DNA of 30,645 nucleotides from Candidatus Falkowbacteria bacterium CG23_combo_of_CG06-09_8_20_14_all_49_15 (GCA_002771615.1 PCSD01000094.1:1-30645), one strand, 5' to 3'; counted from the first letter of the stretch, positions 9,874 through 18,563 are shown. Translations and numbers: made by a program. Notes: generated from the sequence alone by a model not told the origin.

Positions 9874-10383
9874 ATGCGCGTACCGATCCGCAAGCCCGGT
9901 AAATATAGCCAGCGGACCACCGATCCGATCATGACCGCGGATAAACTAATTGCTTTGATTAAGCAACTGGAAAAATTGAAAAAAAGAATCCGGCCGGGTC
10001 TGATTGAAGAAGTTAAGCGCCTGGCTTTGATGGGCGATTTTTCCGAAAATGCCGCTTACCAAATCGCCAAAGGACGACTGCGAGGATTGAATCAAGCCAT
10101 CTGGGAAATTAGCGAACAGATAAAAAAAGCCGCGGTGATCAAGCCGGATCAGAATTGCGATTTTGTCCGAATCGGCCATTGGATAAGTTTGGAATGCCAA
10201 GGGAAATTATCCGCTTATCATTTGCTCGGTTCAGCCGAAACCGATCCTTTGACGGGCGTAATTTCCCGCTCTTCCCCGCTTGGCGCCGCTTTACTGGGCC
10301 GACGGGTTGGTGAAATAATCAAAGTTCAATTGCCCAAAGGAGAAAAGACCTATCGGATAACCAGCATTGCGAATTCCAAATAA
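9874..10383 (+). CDS. greA: GreA/GreB family transcription elongation factor
   Basis: GDFSENAAYQIAK tip with both catalytic acidic residues, LGSAETDP..G.ISRSSPLGAALLGRRVGE; start moved to ATG 9874. Confidence 0.9.
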   Translation: MRVPIRKPGKYSQRTTDPIMTADKLIALIKQLEKLKKRIRPGLIEEVKRLALMGDFSENAAYQIAKGRLRGLNQAIWEISEQIKKAAVIKPDQNCDFVRIGHWISLECQGKLSAYHLLGSAETDPLTGVISRSSPLGAALLGRRVGEIIKVQLPKGEKTYRITSIANSK

Positions 10384-10423
10384 CATTAATCATCATTATT
10401 GAATAATTATCAGTCCGCTTAAC

Positions 10424-10453
10424 AAAAACATCCTTGCCGGAAAGGATGTTTTT
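10424..10453. terminator. Bidirectional intrinsic terminator between convergent greA and dnaX/tRNA
   Basis: Perfect 12-bp inverted repeat AAAAACATCCTT-gccgga-AAGGATGTTTTT. Confidence 0.85.
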
Positions 10454-10459
10454 TAATTG

Positions 10460-10530
10460 CTGGGAGACCTGGATTCGAACCAGGATTATCAGGGCCAGAA
10501 CCTGACGTCCTACCATTAGACGATCTCCCA
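10460..10530 (-). tRNA. tRNA-Gln(CUG), CCA not encoded
   Basis: TGGGAGA/TCTCCCA acceptor stem with U1-A72 and G73, D-arm GTCTAATGGTAGGAC, anticodon arm TCAGG-TTCTGGC-CCTGA, T-arm CCTGG-TTCGAAT-CCAGG. Confidence 0.96.
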
Positions 10531-10554
10531 ATTATTTGCTTTTGCAGTATTACC

Positions 10555-12150
10555 TCAGCCGACCACTCGGCCGCCGAAATTTTTTAAAAGATTGTCAATG
10601 GCCGCATCGCTTTTTTCATCAATCGGCAATGCGGCCGGCTTGTCCCCCTCGGGAACAACGGCATTATTAACTTCAATTGATTCGTCAATAACCGCTTCCA
10701 AATTAAAATCAGTATTATAGACTTCTTTCAAGACATTTATGACCAAATTTTTTATTTCCGGATCGCCCAGCCGTTCTTTGTGAAATTTATATTTGAATCC
10801 CAAGCAAAGATTTTTTTCCGACAAGCTTTTCGGCTGGCAGACGCGCAGAATAAAGGATAATGAATGATTGTAATTTTTGACCCGCCCCAGGACTTCCGAC
10901 CAGCGTTTGTTGATATCCGCCAAGGAAAAAACATTCCCGCGCAAATCGGTCTGATTGTTATTTTTGACAACTTTTTCACTTGGTGCGGATTTTTCGGCTG
11001 AAGCTGGATTAGCCGCCGTCGGCCGCGCCGAAGAACGCAAGTCCTTGTCCGCGGCCCCGGCCAGGCAAATTTCCACGGCCGCCATTTCCAATGGTAATTG
11101 GATCATGAACCCGTCTTTTATTTCTTGGCGCGCTTTAATCAGGCAGTTGATCGCCGTGAGCAGATGGCCAAAATCAAAGGCCTGGGCAATACTGACAATT
11201 TTCAATTCTGCCTGCTCTCCGAATTCAAGGCCGAATTTGTCAATCAGGGCCGGACTAACTTTTCCCAAAAGCATTTTCCGGCCGATTTCCAGAATATCGT
11301 TGACAAACTGCTTCAAATTTACGCCTTCGTCCATAATCTGGTTGATCAGGCGGAGAGCGGCGGCGGCGTCCTTTCTGGATAAGGCTTCTAAAAAATCTAT
11401 GGACGCGGACAAATTATTCCGGGGGATGACCAGATCGGCTTCGGCGCGGCTGATTTCTTTGCCGCCAATCGCCACGACCTGCCCAAGCAGACTTTCCGCG
11501 TCCCGCATATGTCCGTCCGACCAGCGGGCGATCGCCTCCAGGATGGAATCTTCCATTTTGATTCCTTCCTGGTCAATAATATAGCGTAATTTTTTCACGA
11601 CTTCCGCCGGCCCGATGCGCTTAAAATCAAAACGTTGGCAACGGGAAATGATCGTTAAGGGCACTTTATGGATTTCGGTCGTGCAAAAAATAAAAATGAC
11701 ATGCGGGGGCGGCTCTTCAATGACCTTCAGCAAAGCATTAAAAGCGGAAACGGACAGCATGTGCACTTCGTCAATGATAAAAATTTTATAACGGCTCAAG
11801 GTGGGCAAAACGCGCGCGGCGGCAATCACGGCTTCCCGCACATTGTCCACGCCGGTATTGCTGGCCGCGTCAATCTCAATGATATCCAGGCTCCGGCCGG
11901 CGCCGATTTCCTGGCAGACTTGGCAGTGGCCGCAAGGATCCGCTTTGTCCGCCTGGCGATTTTGGCAATTTACCGCCTTGGCCAGCACCCGCGCCATAGT
12001 CGTTTTTCCCACGCCGCGCGGACCGCAGAATAAATAGGCATGCGCTTCCTGGCCGGTCTGGATCTGATGCTCCAGGGTCGTTTTGATGTGATTTTGGTTG
12101 ACGATTTCCCGGAAATTGATCGGACGATATTTGCGGTAAAGGACTGCCAT
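10555..12150 (-). CDS. dnaX: DNA polymerase III subunit gamma/tau
   Basis: LYRKYRP..F, HAYLFCGPRGVGKTT, Zn-finger C..DPCGHCQVC, EIDAASNTGVD, IIDEVHMLS, TIISRCQRFDF. Confidence 0.97.
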   Translation of the reverse strand: MAVLYRKYRPINFREIVNQNHIKTTLEHQIQTGQEAHAYLFCGPRGVGKTTMARVLAKAVNCQNRQADKADPCGHCQVCQEIGAGRSLDIIEIDAASNTGVDNVREAVIAAARVLPTLSRYKIFIIDEVHMLSVSAFNALLKVIEEPPPHVIFIFCTTEIHKVPLTIISRCQRFDFKRIGPAEVVKKLRYIIDQEGIKMEDSILEAIARWSDGHMRDAESLLGQVVAIGGKEISRAEADLVIPRNNLSASIDFLEALSRKDAAAALRLINQIMDEGVNLKQFVNDILEIGRKMLLGKVSPALIDKFGLEFGEQAELKIVSIAQAFDFGHLLTAINCLIKARQEIKDGFMIQLPLEMAAVEICLAGAADKDLRSSARPTAANPASAEKSAPSEKVVKNNNQTDLRGNVFSLADINKRWSEVLGRVKNYNHSLSFILRVCQPKSLSEKNLCLGFKYKFHKERLGDPEIKNLVINVLKEVYNTDFNLEAVIDESIEVNNAVVPEGDKPAALPIDEKSDAAIDNLLKNFGGRVVG

Positions 12151-12211
12151 AGATATTATATGCCCATTAAACCGGCGCTGATTTTTTCCCGAAGCCGGCC
12201 AAATTATTTAT

Positions 12212-12252
12212 AAAATAAAAAATCCGCGCGCGCGGCGCGTTTAAAAAACGCG
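12212..12252 (-). terminator. Tandem hairpins plus U-tract after the 220-aa gene (possible terminator)
   Basis: CGCGTTT-ttt-AAACGCG followed by CCGC-gcgc-GCGG and ATTTTTTATTTT on the minus strand. Confidence 0.45.
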
Positions 12253-12254
12253 GT

Positions 12255-12917
12255 TTATCTTGCCGCCCGCACGATATTTTCCACCGCCGCCCATTGGCTT
12301 TCACCGGTTTTCGGCACCAAAATCACGGTCTCATCTCCGATTTGCCCCTTAAAATATGTCACACTGGCGGTCAGAATCCGCCACTGCCGGCCATTAGCGG
12401 CAACATAGTAGTTGCCGTTATCGGCTTTTTCTAATGAACCGATAACGCGGCTCCGCTCAATGGGGCCGATCTGCTTATAGATGAATGTACCGTTCGGCGC
12501 GATGGTCAGCTTCATAATGTCACCCTCCACCAGTTTTGACTTGGATGCGTAATTGGAAGGGACGCTATAACGTTTGCCGTCCGGGCCGATCATCTGCTCG
12601 CCGTCAAAAACACCCTCGATAATCCGCCCCTCGGAACCGTCCGCCTCCGTAAAATCTTCATCGGCGGCTTGGCCGATTTTTATTTTTTTCAAATCTTCAA
12701 GATTATAGACAGACAACAAATCCAAAATTTTTTCATTGCTTTCCTTGACGGTCATAGCCAGCTGGCGCAATAAAGCCAACTGTCTTTGGCTGACCATGAC
12801 GGCCGGGGACTTTTCCTGGCCAATCGCGGCTGGCGCCTGATAATTGTCCTCCAGTTCATCCCAATTCAGCTTTTCTTCTTGATTTTCATTTTTGGTATTT
12901 TTATTAATTTTCGTCAT
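12255..12917 (-). CDS. Conserved hypothetical protein, beta-rich C-terminal domain
   Basis: Clean ORF; IIEGVFDGEQMIGPDGKRYSVPSNYASKSKLVEGD resembles a family I recall from CPR genomes (not verified); function unknown. Confidence 0.8.
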   Translation of the reverse strand: MTKINKNTKNENQEEKLNWDELEDNYQAPAAIGQEKSPAVMVSQRQLALLRQLAMTVKESNEKILDLLSVYNLEDLKKIKIGQAADEDFTEADGSEGRIIEGVFDGEQMIGPDGKRYSVPSNYASKSKLVEGDIMKLTIAPNGTFIYKQIGPIERSRVIGSLEKADNGNYYVAANGRQWRILTASVTYFKGQIGDETVILVPKTGESQWAAVENIVRAAR

Positions 12918-13112
12918 ATTTTTTAGTTTTTTAATTTTACCTTTTCTTTTATATAAATTTTTTATTATTGGTTTCTGATTTTTTACCCAACCAAAAAAAT
13001 ACTCTAACTGATTAATTTTACTTATTATAGATTAGCGCAATTACCGGTATTTGTAAAGAATAGGATTATTTTTGCCTGATTATAAATCATTTCGATCATT
13101 TTCTGCCGGCGC

Positions 13113-15653
13113 TTATTTTTCCGTCATGTCCGGATCAGTTTCCGTCATGTCCGGATCAGAAAATTTTTTCGCGCGATTCAGGATTTCCGCTTCAATAATG
13201 CGCCGATCTTGGCCGAACTTTAAACGGCTCAAACTTTTAATTTTTTGCGCTAATCCCGGTTGAACCTGGCCGGGCAAGGGCCAGAGAGTATTCATGGAAA
13301 AGGGCCGGCCGGCGGCATTGTCAATCAAAAGCTTGACATAGGCGGTGTATTTATCAATGTTAATCAAATCAAATTTGTTGAAAACCGGAGAAAATTCTTT
13401 GTCAATAATTTCCGCGTCCTCGGAGCCAATTTTGAAAACCGCCCAGGTGCCGACATTGCCGAATACCGCCTGTTTGATTGAACTATCCTGGCCTTTGACC
13501 AGCTGGCCAAGGTATTGATGGGCGATGATCAGGTTTAAATTATATTTTCTGGCCTCAGAAAGTATGGAAGAAATGGAATCAGTGGTAAAATTCTGGAACT
13601 CGTCAATGTAAAGATAAAAATCCTTACGCGCTTCGCGAGGCATATCCGTGCGGGACAGCGCGGCCATCAGGATCTTGCCGACCATAATCATACCCAAGAG
13701 ATACGAATTCATTTCTCCGACACGTCCTTTGGCCAGATCCACCAGGAGGATCTTCTGCTTGTCCATCACATCCCGGAAATTAAAAGAACTTTCCTGTTGG
13801 CCGATGATCGGGCGCATCGTATCATTGGAAATGAATTGGGTAAGTTTGGAAGTGATATACGGCACAACATTAGCCAGAGCCGCGTCGCCGCCGGCTTTTT
13901 CCGCTTCTTTGCGCCAAAAATCAACAACCGTGTAATCCGGGCAACGGCTGATTTTCATCCGCCGGAAATCCGGATCGGCAAGCACTTTCGGGATTTCCAT
14001 CAACGTGGAGCCGCTTTCCGGATCGCTCATCACCAAAAGCATGGCATTGCGCATATATTGTTCAAAAATCGGACCGCCCGTCTGCCGCAGATCATAAAGT
14101 TTATCAAAAATCTTGATCATCTCATTAATGACGAAAGTTTTTTGTTCCGGATAGCGGCTGTCAAACTCCAGCAGATTCAAAGCCAGCGGCCTTTCCGTAT
14201 CCGCCGGCGCGAACAGGATGACGTCCTCGGCCCGTTCCGGCGGAATCCGATCCAAAACATCGGTGATCAGATCGCCATGCGGATCAATCACGCAGACGCC
14301 ATCTCCGTTCAGAATATCCTGAACGGCCAGACCGGCCATGAATTGCGATTTGCCCACGCCGGATTTTCCGATCGCGTACATGTGCCGGCGTCGATCCTCG
14401 CGCTTGATACGGATATCGTTCGCGATGCCGCGATAAACGCTCCGGCCGATAATCACGCCTTCCGTCGGCAAATTCGGCGGTGGCGGAGCTTGCCGGGCCG
14501 TTAACCAAAGGATATTGGGGGTTTCCGCCCAACGCAACGGAAAATGGTATAAGCTGGTAAGCTCTTCCGTGTTTAACAATAAACGGCGGGAATGGTCAAA
14601 GCGCCGATAGATATAATTATTTATTTCCCGGCGGGCTGAACCGGTTTTATAGCCTTCCAAGCGATTTCCATATTCATAATAATTATACTGCCCATAGGCA
14701 TTCAAGATATTCATCAGATAGGATCGCGCCTGTTCAGCGCGGGGAGAGCTGGCGACCACCCTGATATTGACTTCCAAGCCGGCTTTCGCGTTCTTTTCTT
14801 CAATGCCTTTGAGCATTTCCTCCTCCAGAGCGGTCAGACGGGGATTAAATTCATTCTGCTTGCGCTCCTGAACGGCCGGATCCTTGCTCGCGCTGTTTTT
14901 AAAGGTGCTGAACATTTCGCGGAAAAAACCGAAAAAACCGAGAAATTCCAAGGCCTGCGCCATTGTCTTCCCTTTTTTCATCAGCCGCGCGACTTTGATG
15001 GATTTCTTGTGCCAGCGCGGCCGCGCGCTGCGCGCGACATACTGCACGACCAGTCCTTCATCCTCTTGGATTTTTGAAATAGTGTTGATTAAGGTATTGA
15101 CCGGATCCGCCTCCATTTTCATGTAAGTGCGGATCGGAAAAATATAAAGCCTTTTCGCTTTGATCAAACCGGTATAAATATGGCTATCCGGGCGGAAAAT
15201 GTTGTAATCCTTGATTTCGTCCACCACCGCTTCCGGATAATGCGCCTGGATCTGCTGTTCCAAAAAACGGGAGTATTCCAGCGGCGCGATGACATAAAAA
15301 GAAATGATCTTTTTCGCGGCCACGATTTCAAACGCAAAATGATCACGCCGGCCGAAAAGGAAACCGCGCCAATCGGTTTGCGGTTTCAAGCCGCCGATCT
15401 GATGGAACATGGTTTCGCCTTTGGCGATTTCCTCGCGCAGACTTTGCAGGCTGAAGGCTTTTTCCGCGTCTCCCGGCTTGTCTTTAGGCAGTCTGACCAA
15501 ATAGATTTTCTGCTGGAAATAACGGCTGTGGCGCACAAGATGGCGGAAGATTTTCCCGGCCGCGAACACAAGGCCGGCCGCGGAAAAAATCAGCCAAAAG
15601 AGCGGATTGGATAATGGCAGATCGTTTAATAATCCAAAAAAAATATTCTGCAT
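13113..15653 (-). CDS. Membrane-anchored VirD4/TrwB/HerA-like P-loop ATPase
   Basis: N-terminal TM helix; RRRHMYAIGKSGVGKS (Walker A), VIDPHGDL, LYIDEFQNF (Walker B), SEARKYNLNLIIAHQYLGQL. Confidence 0.88.
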   Translation of the reverse strand: MQNIFFGLLNDLPLSNPLFWLIFSAAGLVFAAGKIFRHLVRHSRYFQQKIYLVRLPKDKPGDAEKAFSLQSLREEIAKGETMFHQIGGLKPQTDWRGFLFGRRDHFAFEIVAAKKIISFYVIAPLEYSRFLEQQIQAHYPEAVVDEIKDYNIFRPDSHIYTGLIKAKRLYIFPIRTYMKMEADPVNTLINTISKIQEDEGLVVQYVARSARPRWHKKSIKVARLMKKGKTMAQALEFLGFFGFFREMFSTFKNSASKDPAVQERKQNEFNPRLTALEEEMLKGIEEKNAKAGLEVNIRVVASSPRAEQARSYLMNILNAYGQYNYYEYGNRLEGYKTGSARREINNYIYRRFDHSRRLLLNTEELTSLYHFPLRWAETPNILWLTARQAPPPPNLPTEGVIIGRSVYRGIANDIRIKREDRRRHMYAIGKSGVGKSQFMAGLAVQDILNGDGVCVIDPHGDLITDVLDRIPPERAEDVILFAPADTERPLALNLLEFDSRYPEQKTFVINEMIKIFDKLYDLRQTGGPIFEQYMRNAMLLVMSDPESGSTLMEIPKVLADPDFRRMKISRCPDYTVVDFWRKEAEKAGGDAALANVVPYITSKLTQFISNDTMRPIIGQQESSFNFRDVMDKQKILLVDLAKGRVGEMNSYLLGMIMVGKILMAALSRTDMPREARKDFYLYIDEFQNFTTDSISSILSEARKYNLNLIIAHQYLGQLVKGQDSSIKQAVFGNVGTWAVFKIGSEDAEIIDKEFSPVFNKFDLINIDKYTAYVKLLIDNAAGRPFSMNTLWPLPGQVQPGLAQKIKSLSRLKFGQDRRIIEAEILNRAKKFSDPDMTETDPDMTEK
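13118..13159. repeat. Perfect 21-bp tandem duplication at the 3' end of the ATPase gene
   Basis: TTTCCGTCATGTCCGGATCAG x2; encodes DPDMTET-DPDMTEK. Confidence 0.95.
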
Positions 15654-15707
15654 AATTTATAATAATGGGAAATTCCCCGGTCTGACCCTGATTATATTTC
15701 TAAGGCT

Positions 15708-16211
15708 TCAAATTTCTGTCAGCCGGATTATCTCATCGGCTTTGATCTTGGCTTCCTGCTCCACAAAAAAACGATTCACGCCGGGAATAACCATCAGCCA
15801 TTTTCTAATCAAGCTGATGATTTCTCCGATCTTCACTTTCGCCTTCTTAAACAAAAGATTGATTTTGGCCGCGGTCTCTTCCCCTCTTTCTTTAAAAACT
15901 TTCTGCTGGTCCGAGTCCAGCTGGGCATAAATCTCCAGCAAGCCATCGGAAAGAATTTTTTCAATCTGCTCTAAACGTTCTTTCTCGGCCGTGGCGGCCA
16001 ATCCGCTGCTTTGATTGTCAGGCGCCGGAACGATCCGGCCGGCCGCCTGGCCGGATGAGGGAGTTTCCGACCCTCCGGAAACGATTTTTTCTAAAGATTT
16101 CTCCGTTTCCGGACCGGGAATATTTCCCTTCGGCCTTTCCGGAGCGGCCGAGGGGAATTTCACTTGGCCCGCTTCTGTCCGATGTAAGTCTTGTTTGCTT
16201 AATGGCGGCAT
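15708..16211 (-). CDS. Hypothetical protein: Pro/Glu-rich disordered N-half, helical C-half
   Basis: Clean ORF 54 bp upstream of the ATPase; C-terminal block WLMVIPGVNRFFVEQEAKIKAD. Confidence 0.8.
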   Translation of the reverse strand: MPPLSKQDLHRTEAGQVKFPSAAPERPKGNIPGPETEKSLEKIVSGGSETPSSGQAAGRIVPAPDNQSSGLAATAEKERLEQIEKILSDGLLEIYAQLDSDQQKVFKERGEETAAKINLLFKKAKVKIGEIISLIRKWLMVIPGVNRFFVEQEAKIKADEIIRLTEI

Positions 16212-16283
16212 ATTGGGATTGATAAAAAATACCTTAAGATTATTTTATTCTATATTTTATTCGATTAGGATCATTTTGATTAA

Positions 16284-16312
16284 ATTATACTATATTTCGC
16301 GCCAAGCAGCAA
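16284..16312 (-). promoter_or_regulatory. sigma70-type promoter for the hypothetical-ATPase unit
   Basis: TTGCTG (16312-16307), 17 nt, TATAAT (16289-16284). Confidence 0.6.
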
Positions 16313-16385
16313 ATGGAACAGGTGGATATTTTTTGCGCTTTTATCATGTTTAATTTAAAAACCGCCGTAAAATAATTCCCGCCTT

Positions 16386-16414
16386 TTGTTATCGTCCGAT
16401 ATTTATGCTATAAT
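16386..16414 (+). promoter_or_regulatory. Extended -10 promoter for corA
   Basis: TTGTTA (16386-16391), 17 nt, TGcTATAAT (hexamer 16409-16414). Confidence 0.75.
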
Positions 16415-16422
16415 ATTTAAAG

Positions 16423-16431
16423 TTATCCACA
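16423..16431 (+). promoter_or_regulatory. Consensus DnaA box overlapping the predicted corA transcription start region
   Basis: TTATCCACA, exact match to the canonical DnaA box, 8 nt after the -10 hexamer. Confidence 0.55.
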
Positions 16432-16439
16432 AAATCCCC

Positions 16440-17405
16440 ATGTCCAATTTTGAAAAAATCTCCGATAATATCCAAGCGGTAAAAATCGGCGGTAGTGAGC
16501 TGGATGAAAAGATCATCTGGCTGAATGTTGTCCGCGCGGGCCGGCCGGAAATTGAATATTTGCGCAAAAATTTTGGCTTTGATTTGAAATCACTCCGCGC
16601 CACCCTGTCTACTTCCCTGGCGGAACGTTCAATTTTTGAATTTCTGGATAACGGCTACATATTTATTATCCTCCATTATCCGCGTCTGGCTGATGGCCAA
16701 ATCAGCACCGCGGAAATTGATTTTTTCCTTGGCCGTAACATCTTGGTGTCCGTCCATAATAATGAACTGAAAGCGGTCAATGATCTGTTCAATTACCGCA
16801 AAAAAGAAAATAGCGCCTCATTTTCCGGCCAACGCGGTCATGAGGCGTTTTTATTTGCGGAAATCCTGGAAAAACTGGCCCATCATGTCTACGAAATAAT
16901 CGACCGGCATAGCTCCGTAATCAAGCAGATTGAACAAACGATATTCGCTTCCCAGCAAAAAAAAGCAGTGACGGAAATATTAAATCTACGCCGCAATATC
17001 ATCAATTGCCGGCGCATCATGCAAGGGCACAAAGATATCCTGGCCTCATTCCTGGCTTCCCCCTTTGTGAAAAACGCCCCGGACCGCCAGGAACCATTTG
17101 TCCATCTGATCGAGCATGCGAAAAACATCTGGAAAATCCTGGAAAACCAAAACGAGATAATCAATGTCCTGAACAGCACCAACGAATCACTGCTGAATTT
17201 CCGCCTTAGCGACACCATGAAAACCCTGACGGTCTTCTCGGTAATGATTTTTCCGCTGACTTTGGTCGCCGCGATTTTCAGCATGCAAACAAAAAGCGGC
17301 ATGCCCTTTCTTGACCAACCGAATAATTTTTGGCTGGTCATAATCTTAATGGCCTTAAGCGGTGTTGCCATGATCTGGTATTTCAAAAGGAAAAAGTGGC
17401 TTTAG
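16440..17405 (+). CDS. corA: CorA/ZntB-family divalent cation channel with altered signature motif
   Basis: EIDFFLG...LVSVH, long coiled-coil stalk, TMKTLTVFSVMIFPLTLVAAIFSMQ, MP loop, second TM helix, basic tail KRKKW; start moved to ATG 16440. Confidence 0.88.
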   Translation: MSNFEKISDNIQAVKIGGSELDEKIIWLNVVRAGRPEIEYLRKNFGFDLKSLRATLSTSLAERSIFEFLDNGYIFIILHYPRLADGQISTAEIDFFLGRNILVSVHNNELKAVNDLFNYRKKENSASFSGQRGHEAFLFAEILEKLAHHVYEIIDRHSSVIKQIEQTIFASQQKKAVTEILNLRRNIINCRRIMQGHKDILASFLASPFVKNAPDRQEPFVHLIEHAKNIWKILENQNEIINVLNSTNESLLNFRLSDTMKTLTVFSVMIFPLTLVAAIFSMQTKSGMPFLDQPNNFWLVIILMALSGVAMIWYFKRKKWL

Positions 17406-17416
17406 CCGCTTTTTTT
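17394..17416 (+). terminator. Probable intrinsic terminator overlapping the corA stop
   Basis: AAGTGGC-ttta-GCCGCTT followed by a T run. Confidence 0.55.
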
Positions 17417-17456
17417 GATATAAATCGTTCTTTAACAAAAGAAAGGAGGTCAGACT

Positions 17457-18563
17457 ATGCCAGCCAGCCAGTATAAAGGCCAGCCGGATCTAAACAGCAA
17501 CGGCGGTAAACGGGTGGAAGAAGTGGTAATTGACGTTTTTATGCGCGTCTTAACGAATCTGCGCGGCCACAACCAAGGCGTGGTTATGTGCGCGGCCAAT
17601 GGCATTTATACCATCATTTTCGCCGTGCCGGCTGATAGTCTGCGCCACGGCCTGTTCCAAAAAGGAGAAATCGCGCCGGACAGCGGCAGTAAAAAAATGC
17701 TTTTAGCCGATGCTTGCCAATTAAAAAAAACGATTATCGTCCAAGACGCGATCAATGACCAGCGGGTGGAATACATGCGTGACCATATCCGGAACAAACA
17801 AATCAGATCAGTCGCGGTTTATCCGGCTTTTTTCCGTGAACTGACCTATTTGTCGGTCATTGACAAAGTCGCGCCCAGCGAGCCGGGTTTTTGTAAAGAA
17901 GAAATCGTCATTATGGAGCGCTGTTCAGCCATCCTGCAAAGCGATCTGGCCAAAATGTCCTACCGCCTGCGCAATAGCCGAACGGGTGAAAAAGCCAACG
18001 GCCAGAATACTTTAAAAGGGATTATCAACCATTATTTGCGGAACCGGACGCCGGTCATCGGCGGGCTGGCGAAAAGGCTCTATGAAAACGGCACTTTGAG
18101 CGAAGAGCAAAAAAAACGCTATGCCCAGCTAATCATGAGCGAAATCGCAATATTTGAAAATGATCTCTTGGATTTGAGCGAATTTCTCTCTCTGGAAGAC
18201 GGTTCGGCCATCGGTTCGGTTGATCTGGCCGATTGCCTGCGCTTGATCTCCGGCGGATTGACAATGGACGGAAGCGTAAAAATTAGCCAAGGCTGTCCCG
18301 AAATAGTGGAGTGGCCGCTCCGGGAAATAAATTTTATTGTCAGCCAAATGGCCAAATATCTGGCCGACAACAGCAAAGGCGCCATCGCGGTCAGGGCTGA
18401 TTGCGCGGAGGGGAAAATCGCGATTGAAATCGCAAACGACGCTTTCGCGCCCTACAAGGATACCGACATCAAGCTGAACATTATCAAGTATGTGGTGGAG
18501 CACCGCCTGGACGGAGCATTCCAATTATCCAAAGATTGCCTGGTAATTCTTCTGCCCTGTTAA
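17457..18563 (+). CDS. GAF-domain protein with HisKA-like helix and degenerate HATPase-like domain
   Basis: IIVQDAINDQR and RSVAVYP (GAF-like); NHYLRNRTPVIGGLAKRL (H-box-like, His192); strong SD AAAGGAGGT. Confidence 0.7.
   Translation: MPASQYKGQPDLNSNGGKRVEEVVIDVFMRVLTNLRGHNQGVVMCAANGIYTIIFAVPADSLRHGLFQKGEIAPDSGSKKMLLADACQLKKTIIVQDAINDQRVEYMRDHIRNKQIRSVAVYPAFFRELTYLSVIDKVAPSEPGFCKEEIVIMERCSAILQSDLAKMSYRLRNSRTGEKANGQNTLKGIINHYLRNRTPVIGGLAKRLYENGTLSEEQKKRYAQLIMSEIAIFENDLLDLSEFLSLEDGSAIGSVDLADCLRLISGGLTMDGSVKISQGCPEIVEWPLREINFIVSQMAKYLADNSKGAIAVRADCAEGKIAIEIANDAFAPYKDTDIKLNIIKYVVEHRLDGAFQLSKDCLVILLPC

Noticed and set aside
9985-10075. GreA as an inactive Gre-like inhibitor
   Set aside because: The tip GDFSENAAY keeps both catalytic acidic residues (D..E); only the following Glu is changed to Ala.
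10384-10554. tRNA-Gln as an integration site
   Set aside because: No duplicated tRNA 3' end, integrase or foreign block nearby.
10810-10816. A AAA AAT slippery heptamer in dnaX (gamma/tau frameshift)
   Set aside because: Not the A AAA AAG motif, no upstream SD or obvious downstream stimulatory hairpin, and only 7 As, which is short for transcriptional slippage.
12151-12254. SRP RNA upstream of dnaX (as in Firmicutes)
   Set aside because: Hairpins are present but the conserved SRP internal loop and GNRA/GGAA tetraloop pattern is absent, and the space is too short.
13797-14504. 235-aa antisense ORF inside the ATPase gene (likewise 19494-20198, 10955-11584, 23194-23709 and other overlapping ORFs)
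   Set aside because: Shadow ORFs opposite well-supported genes with no recognisable motifs; expected from G/C-ending codon bias.
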